Assembly (NCBI GenBank): GCA_918797485.1
Contig: CAKKNE010000007.1
Span: 62,001 to 90,574, forward strand
Origin: Pelagomonas calceolata
Lineage: Eukaryota
Reading direction: 5' to 3'
Length of the DNA: 28,574 bases
This document shows positions 22,856-28,574 of the stretch, piece after piece (position 1 is the first letter of the stretch; each line of letters opens with the position of its first letter). Position numbers and translations under genes: made by a program. The notes under the pieces are model-generated. The model saw only the letters and a list, made by a program, of their open reading frames with translations. It did not search any database and had not been told where the DNA came from.

Positions 22856-23800
22856 ATGAAAAAACAATTTAAGAATATCATTTGTTCGTTTACCGCGGTG
22901 TTAATGGTTGTTGGGAGTTTTTTACCTCAAAACAGTAATGCTTATCCAATTTATGCGCAACAAGCGTATGCAAATCCACGTGAAGCTAATGGACGTATTG
23001 CTTGTGCAAACTGTCATTTAGCACAAAAACCAACGGGCATTGAGTCACCTAGTGCGGTTTTACCTGATACGGTTTTCGAGGCTGTAGTGAAAATCCCTTA
23101 TGATTTAAAGAAAAAACAACTAGTCGCTAGTGGTGATAGAGGGCCTTTAAATGTGGGGGCTGTTGTTATCTTACCAGAAGGTTTCAAGTTAGCACCACCT
23201 AAGCGTGTGCCGGCTGAAGTTAAGGCAAAAAATAAAGGTGTTTATATTTCACCATACAGCTCAACTGCTGAAAATATTCTTGTAGTTGGTCCTATTTTAG
23301 GAGACAAGAATCAAGAAATTTCATTCCCTATTTTAGCACCTGATCCTGCAAAGAATAGTAAAATTAATTTCTTAAAGTATCCAATTTATGTTGGGGCTAA
23401 TCGTGGTCGCGGTCAGATCAATCCTAACGGTGATAAATCAAACAACAATGCAGTTTTAGCAAGTGCTGCAGGTGTAATATCTTCTGTAAACCCAAGCGCA
23501 AATGGAAGTGGTTATGAAATTTCCATTACTGGTGCAGATGGTACAATTACAGATCAAAAAATCTCAAAAGGATTAGATGTTACAGCTAAACCTGGTCAAG
23601 TTGTAACAAAAGATTCACTTTTAACAACTGATCCAAATGTTGGTGGTTTTGGTCAAGCTGAAACGGAAATCGTTTTACAAAACCCTGATCGTATTGTTGG
23701 TTATTTAGTATTCTGTTTAGCAGTAGTATTATGTCAAACATTCTTAGTAATTAAGAAAAAGCAATTTGAAAAAGTACAAGCTGCAGAAATGAATTTCTAA
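22856..23800 (+). CDS. petA: Apocytochrome f precursor
   Basis: Signal peptide then YPIYAQQ, CANCH heme motif, KKKQFEKVQAAEMNF. Confidence 0.99.
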   Translation: MKKQFKNIICSFTAVLMVVGSFLPQNSNAYPIYAQQAYANPREANGRIACANCHLAQKPTGIESPSAVLPDTVFEAVVKIPYDLKKKQLVASGDRGPLNVGAVVILPEGFKLAPPKRVPAEVKAKNKGVYISPYSSTAENILVVGPILGDKNQEISFPILAPDPAKNSKINFLKYPIYVGANRGRGQINPNGDKSNNNAVLASAAGVISSVNPSANGSGYEISITGADGTITDQKISKGLDVTAKPGQVVTKDSLLTTDPNVGGFGQAETEIVLQNPDRIVGYLVFCLAVVLCQTFLVIKKKQFEKVQAAEMNF

Positions 23801-23811
23801 ATTATTAAGCA

Positions 23812-23834
23812 AGCTGGTATTTTTAATACCAGCT
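23812..23834 (+). terminator. Stem-loop between petA and ilvH
   Basis: AGCTGGTATT-TTT-AATACCAGCT, 10-bp stem. Confidence 0.7.
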
Positions 23835-23854
23835 ATTTTAATTACAATTCAAAA

Positions 23855-24361
23855 ATGAAACATACTTTATCTGTTTTAGTTGAAAATGAATCGGGTGTTT
23901 TAACACGTATCGCTGGGTTATTTGCTCGCAGAGGCTTCAATATTGAAAGTCTTTCAGTTGGCCCAGCAGAACAAAAAAATATATCTCGTATTACTATGGT
24001 TGTTCCAGGTGATGATAAAACTATTGAACAATTAACAAAGCAACTTTATAAATTAATAAATGTTCGTAAAGTCCAAGATATTACAACTCTTCCAAATGTT
24101 GGCAGAGAATTAATGTTATTAAAGGTTCGTTTTACTGAAGAAACTCGGACGGAAATAATGGACATTGCAAAAGTTTTTAATGCCAGAATTGTTGATTTAG
24201 CATCAAAATGTTTAACAATAGAAGTAACTGGCGAACCTGAAAAGATTTTGGCTTTGGAACAATTGTTACAAAAATTTGGAATTTTAGAAATTGCAAAAAC
24301 AGGAAAAATAGCCTTATTGCGCCATAATACGCAGACGTCTACGATCCAATATATTGGATAA
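23855..24361 (+). CDS. ilvH: Acetolactate synthase small (regulatory) subunit
   Basis: ACT domain [33 protein letters not shown]. Confidence 0.96.
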   Translation: MKHTLSVLVENESGVLTRIAGLFARRGFNIESLSVGPAEQKNISRITMVVPGDDKTIEQLTKQLYKLINVRKVQDITTLPNVGRELMLLKVRFTEETRTEIMDIAKVFNARIVDLASKCLTIEVTGEPEKILALEQLLQKFGILEIAKTGKIALLRHNTQTSTIQYIG

Positions 24362-24363
24362 AA

Positions 24364-24447
24364 TAGGAGAGGAGGGACTTGAACCCTCACGGCCGCAAAA
24401 GCCAACGGATTTTAAGTCCGTCGTGTCTACCATTCCACCACTCTCCC
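24364..24447 (-). tRNA. trnL: tRNA-Leu(UAA), intron-less
   Basis: Reverse complement GGGAGAG...ACGGA CTTAAAA TCCGT, long variable arm, contiguous anticodon. Confidence 0.95.
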
Positions 24448-24461
24448 AAAAATAAAATATT

Positions 24462-24533
24462 AGGCGGCACCCAGATTCGAACTGGGGAATAAAGGATTTG
24501 CAATCCTCTGCCTTACCACTTAGCTATACCGCC
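24462..24533 (-). tRNA. trnC: tRNA-Cys(GCA)
   Basis: Reverse complement GGCGGTA...GAGGA TTGCAAA TCCTT...TGCCGCCT. Confidence 0.95.
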
Positions 24534-24625
24534 ATAATATCATATAACTTTTAAAAATTATACATATAATTAGTATTTTTATACAAGCCTTAATACAATA
24601 TTAAGATTTTTTATTACAAAAGTAA

Positions 24626-24805
24626 TTAAGCTTGGATCTGATTATATACCATATTAGTCAAATCTATACCAATGAAAACACCAATAAGCGGATTTAAAAA
24701 CTTTGGATTTTGATCTATATCCATAGCTGCCGTATTTACATTAGGTACACGAATAAGAATTAATACAATAATAAAAAGATTAATTAAAAACAAGACAAAA
24801 TCCAT
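24626..24805 (-). CDS. secG: Probable SecG (Ycf47), divergent, 59 aa
   Basis: Hand translation MDFVLFLINLFIIVLILIRVPNVNTAAMDIDQNPKFLNPLIGVFIGIDLTNMVYNQIQA; TM-IRxP-loop-TM layout; petN-petM-secG synteny. Confidence 0.7.
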   Translation of the reverse strand: MDFVLFLINLFIIVLILIRVPNVNTAAMDIDQNPKFLNPLIGVFIGIDLTNMVYNQIQA

Positions 24806-24862
24806 ATAAATTAAATAAAAATGCTCGCTTAAAAGCGAATAATTAGAATTAATCGCTCGACT

Positions 24863-24958
24863 TTATCCAGCTTGGATTTTTAATAATGCAAAACCAAGAG
24901 AAATACCGATTAACGTCATTCCAAAGCAAATGACTCCTGTTGTAATAATTTCTTCCAT
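24863..24958 (-). CDS. petM: Cytochrome b6f subunit VII (PetM), 31 aa
   Basis: Hand translation MEEIITTGVICFGMTLIGISLGFALLKIQAG. Confidence 0.93.
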   Translation of the reverse strand: MEEIITTGVICFGMTLIGISLGFALLKIQAG

Positions 24959-25031
24959 AATTTTTTTATTTACTTAATAAAACTTAAAGCGTTCTCCGTT
25001 TTTAAGATATAACGGAGCCAACTAACAAAGT

Positions 25032-25121
25032 TTAAAATCCGTTTCGACCCCAAACAACTAAAGAAAGGGAAAACGTAAAAACAACCATTAAGCCTGCGTA
25101 TCCTAAGCTTATAATGTCCAT
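25032..25121 (-). CDS. petN: Cytochrome b6f subunit VIII (PetN), 29 aa
   Basis: Hand translation [29 protein letters not shown]. Confidence 0.96.
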   Translation of the reverse strand: MDIISLGYAGLMVVFTFSLSLVVWGRNGF

Positions 25122-25215
25122 AGTCTTTATATCTAGATAAATTTAGTCTAGCTGTAACGCTATATATATTATAACATAAAAAAGGCATTCAGAACTTTGC
25201 AAATTTTGGGAAGAC

Positions 25216-25244
25216 TTTGCCAATTTCCTAAGGAAATTGGCAAA
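25216..25244. repeat. 29-bp near-perfect palindrome between clpC 3' end and petN
   Basis: TTTGCCAATTTCCT-A-AGGAAATTGGCAAA, 14-bp arms with a 1-nt centre. Confidence 0.9.
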
Positions 25245-25328
25245 AACTATTTCTGCTTACAATAGACTAATAGTGAATAATAAACAAAAAAAGTTTCCTG
25301 TTATTAGTGTGTTTTTATTTAAGAAAAA

Positions 25329-27830
25329 TTAAGTTGTAACTGGTTCAAGAAGTGGTATTGAACTGTGATCAACAACAATACTTAATTCTCTATTATCATT
25401 TACATCCACTAATACTAAGCTATCAGGTTCAATCGACTCACTTAATACTGTTTGAGCTAATTTATCTTCAAGTAGTTTCATGATTGCTCGGCGTAATGGT
25501 CTAGCACCGTAAATTGGGTCAAAGCCCTCATCGATTAATAAATCTTTGGCACGTGGCGTCACATTTAATGTGAAATTCTGATCTTTAGTTCGAGCACATA
25601 ATTGAGCTAACATAATATCAGCGATCTGCCCTAAATCTCGTTTCGTTAATTGTTGGAAGATAATAACTTCATCTAAACGATTTAAAAATTCTGGACGGAA
25701 GAAGCGCTTTAATTCTTCATTCACCAATTCTGCCATTCTAGTGTACTCAGAATCTTCATCATTAGTATCTGGGCTATCAAATCCAAGTCCACTACCGGAA
25801 CCCGCGGCATTTTGAATTGCTTTTGCTCCCACATTTGATGTCAGAATGATCATCGTATTCTTAAAATCGATTGTTCGACCTTTTGAATCTGTTAATCGAC
25901 CATCTTCAAGAATTTGTAATAACAAATTAAATACGTCTGGATGACCTTTCTCGATTTCATCAAATAACACAACTGTATAAGGTTTACGTCTTACTGCCTC
26001 TGTTAATTGACCACCTTCGCTATAACCTACATAACCTGGAGGTGAACCGATTAATTTTGCGACTGTATGGCGTTCCATATACTCCGACATATCTAAACGC
26101 ACCATTGAGTCTTCTGCACCAAAGAAAAATAAAGCTAATGCTTTCGTTAACTCTGTTTTTCCTACACCTGTTGGTCCAGAGAATAAGAAACTAGCAATCG
26201 GTCGATTCGGATTACGTAAACCTACCCGTGCTCTTCGAATGGCTTTTGATACCGCAGAGACAGCTTGCTCTTGTCCAATAATACGTGAATGAAGTGTATC
26301 TTCCATTACTAATAACTTTTCTGACTCTGTCTTCGAAAGTTTATTAACAGGAATACCCGTCCATGCTGCAACAACATGTGCGATATCGTCCTCACAAACG
26401 ATTGATTCATATGTTGGTGTTTCTTTAGATGAAGAAACGCGTTTAACAGTTGAAAGAATAATATTTAATTGTGCACGAATTTCAATCTCACGATCTAAAA
26501 TATCTGCTGCTCGTTCAAAATCTTGTTCACGAATTGCAGTTTCTTTTTCTTTCATTACATCGCGTAACTCGCGTTTTAAACCAGTTGCTGAATCAGGAGT
26601 TCGCGTTGCACGTAAACGTACGCGTGCACAGGCTTCGTCAATTAAATCGATAGCCTTATCTGGTAAAAAACGATCCGCAATGTACTGTGCTCCCATTCTC
26701 GAAGCTGCTTCTAAAGCATCATCACCGATTTTTAACCCATGGTGGCGTTCATAACGTGCCCGTAAACATCTAAGGATATCTACAGTATCATCAACTGACG
26801 GCTCTGGTACTTGGACAGGTTGGAAACGACGCTCTAATGCTGAGTCGCGTTCAATATGTTTGCGGTATTCTTCCACAGTTGTTGCCCCTAAACATTGTAA
26901 TTCACCACGTGCTAGAGCGGGTTTTAATATGTTTGCTGCGTCAACTGCACCTTCTGCTGCACCTGCACCAATTAAAGTATGAACTTCATCAATAACTAAA
27001 ATTATATTCTCAGAACTTCGTATCTCATCAACGATACGTTTTAAGCGTTCTTCAAATTCACCACGATATTTTGTTCCGGCTAATAAAAGCCCCACATCTA
27101 AACTAATAACTTGTTTATCGTCTAATAATGCTGGCACATCGCGTTCAACAATTCTTTGTGCTAAACCTTCGGCAACAGCTGTTTTACCGACCCCGGGTTC
27201 TCCAATAAGAACTGGATTATTCTTTCGGCGGCGAGCTAAAATTTGAATAACACGACTAATTTCATCATCACGTCCAACCACAGGATCTAAATTTCCGTTA
27301 TAGGCTGTTTCTGTTAAATTTGTTGTGAATTCTTCAATTGCTAGCCCTCCCATGTCAAATTGATCAGATTTATCACCTGGAGCAACGGCTTCGATATTTT
27401 CCCCAATTTGTATTAAAAGTTCCGTACGTATTTGAGAAATAACTAAACCTAATTGTTGAAGTACACGAACACCAACACCTACTTCTTCTTCTAAAAGTGC
27501 AAGAAGAATATGCTCAGTACCAATATACCCATGCCCAAGGTCACGAGCCTCTTCAATTGCAATTTCTAAAACTCGTTTTGCTCTAGGAGTAAAAGGAATT
27601 TCAACTGCAACAAATCCAGACCCACGGCCGATAATACGTTCAACTTCTGTGCGCGCTTCTCGAAGGGTAACTCCAAAAGTGCGAAGAACTTTATACGCAA
27701 CTCCACCGTTTTCTCCAACTAACCCTAATAATATTTGTTCGGTACCCACGAAATTATGACCTAATCTTCGTGATTCCTCCTGAGAAAGCATAACTACTTT
27801 AATAGCTTTCTCGGTAAATCTTTCAAACAT
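25329..27830 (-). CDS. clpC: Clp protease ATP-binding subunit ClpC
   Basis: [11 protein letters not shown], two Walker A motifs ([16 protein letters not shown]), [12 protein letters not shown]. Confidence 0.99.
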   Translation of the reverse strand: MFERFTEKAIKVVMLSQEESRRLGHNFVGTEQILLGLVGENGGVAYKVLRTFGVTLREARTEVERIIGRGSGFVAVEIPFTPRAKRVLEIAIEEARDLGHGYIGTEHILLALLEEEVGVGVRVLQQLGLVISQIRTELLIQIGENIEAVAPGDKSDQFDMGGLAIEEFTTNLTETAYNGNLDPVVGRDDEISRVIQILARRRKNNPVLIGEPGVGKTAVAEGLAQRIVERDVPALLDDKQVISLDVGLLLAGTKYRGEFEERLKRIVDEIRSSENIILVIDEVHTLIGAGAAEGAVDAANILKPALARGELQCLGATTVEEYRKHIERDSALERRFQPVQVPEPSVDDTVDILRCLRARYERHHGLKIGDDALEAASRMGAQYIADRFLPDKAIDLIDEACARVRLRATRTPDSATGLKRELRDVMKEKETAIREQDFERAADILDREIEIRAQLNIILSTVKRVSSSKETPTYESIVCEDDIAHVVAAWTGIPVNKLSKTESEKLLVMEDTLHSRIIGQEQAVSAVSKAIRRARVGLRNPNRPIASFLFSGPTGVGKTELTKALALFFFGAEDSMVRLDMSEYMERHTVAKLIGSPPGYVGYSEGGQLTEAVRRKPYTVVLFDEIEKGHPDVFNLLLQILEDGRLTDSKGRTIDFKNTMIILTSNVGAKAIQNAAGSGSGLGFDSPDTNDEDSEYTRMAELVNEELKRFFRPEFLNRLDEVIIFQQLTKRDLGQIADIMLAQLCARTKDQNFTLNVTPRAKDLLIDEGFDPIYGARPLRRAIMKLLEDKLAQTVLSESIEPDSLVLVDVNDNRELSIVVDHSSIPLLEPVTT

Positions 27831-27907
27831 TAATATGTTTAAGGAGATTTATTATCTTCATACAAGTACACTAATGACTTTTTAACAGAAAAATATACAT
27901 TAAATAT

Positions 27908-27991
27908 TGCATCTGACTGGGTTTGAACCAGTGATGTTCTTACGAAAACGGATTATGAGTCCGGTGCCTTCGACCACTCGGCCACAGATGC
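27908..27991 (-). tRNA. trnI: tRNA with CAU anticodon and long variable arm; probably tRNA-Ile(CAU, lysidine), Met not excluded
   Basis: Reverse complement GCATCTG...CCGGA CTCATAA TCCGT TTTCGTAAGAACATC ACTGGTTCAAACCCAGT CAGATGCA, 84 nt; GCATC 5' end as in plastid trnI-CAU. Confidence 0.75.
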
Positions 27992-28001
27992 TTATAGTTT
28001 T

Positions 28002-28323
28002 TGGAACTGGTGGGATTTGAACCCACGTCCAATTAGATTGTATTAGTCAATAGTATTCCAAGTTCTGTTATACATACATTTGATTGCGTAGGGTTCTTAG
28101 CTAAATTTATTTTTTAGCTGCATCTTAAAGATTTTCATATTAAATTAAGATTAGACTAATGTGAAACCAAAGGTTTTAAGCGAATGCTACTACCGGAGAC
28201 TTGGTAAAGAATTTTAAAATGTTATTTGCATTTATTATTTTTTTTGAGAAATTTTAACGAGAAATTCTCATTCTCGACTTGTATTGTCTCTTTAAACCTA
28301 ATCGTCGAATCGATTTCAGCCCC
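28002..28323 (-). ncRNA. ssrA: tmRNA (transfer-messenger RNA)
   Basis: 5' GGGGCTG...ATTCGAC; 3' GACGTGGGTTCAAATCCCACCAGTTCCA; G3-U wobble; internal tag frame 28229-28176 after the ATAAAT resume context. Confidence 0.95.
28176..28229 (-). other. tmRNA proteolysis tag reading frame ANNILKFFTKSPVVAFA*
   Basis: Hand translation from resume codon GCA; ANNI start and hydrophobic Ala-ending tail typical of cyanobacterial and plastid tags. Confidence 0.9.
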
Positions 28324-28338
28324 TATTTTCTAAACCCT

Positions 28339-28412
28339 TAAGTACGAGGGGAATTGAACCCCTGGCATTTAGATTCGGAGTCTAATGCTCTAATCCACTG
28401 AGCTACGTACTT
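28339..28412 (-). tRNA. trnR: tRNA-Arg(CCG)
   Basis: Reverse complement AAGTACG/CGTACTT acceptor, TTAGA CTCCGAA TCTAA anticodon arm, GGTTCAATTCC. Confidence 0.9.
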
Positions 28413-28574
28413 ACCAACCTAGTATATAATTTTTCATTAGTGTTGGCAACCATAGGCAATTTTTTAAAAATAATTATTTAATAAAATTGTGGGCAAAAAA
28501 TTAAAAATGTCTTATAATAAATTGTAACAGGTTAATCCTGGGAATTAAAAATAAAATTTTAAACATAAAATATT

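Noticed and set aside
24629..24877. secG and petM both have ATCCAAGCT (IQA) at their 3' ends
   Set aside because: A 9-bp match is too short to distinguish from chance

Overview
AT-rich, gene-dense segment of a red-algal-derived (secondary) plastid genome, most likely an ochrophyte (stramenopile). The evidence is form ID rbcL-rbcS-cbbX, the rpl33-rps18-ycf3-atpB-atpE-tatC-petA run, and ilvH, thiS, ycf46 and rbcR. A pelagophyte is my tentative guess, from memory of similar sequences and not verified. I can support 34 protein genes, seven of them too short for the ORF track (petG, psbI, psaM, rpl34, secG/ycf47, petM, petN). I also find 13 tRNAs, a tmRNA (ssrA, tag ANNILKFFTKSPVVAFA) and about ten stem-loops. 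I saw no rRNA, intron, mobile element or CRISPR. I found no convincing new biological system; this is mostly conserved plastid housekeeping DNA. The best second-look items are: (1) convergent tRNAs abutting or overlapping mRNA 3' ends, where CDS-CDS junctions use hairpins instead; (2) a shared GCACC/GGTGC hairpin after each of rbcL, rbcS and cbbX; (3) a 17-bp direct repeat around the rbcL-rbcS hairpin; (4) LysR-type boxes at the rbcL promoter; (5) the tmRNA next to clpC; (6) a long-variable-arm CAU tRNA; (7) an unexplained GC-richer patch between rpl27 and ccsA.
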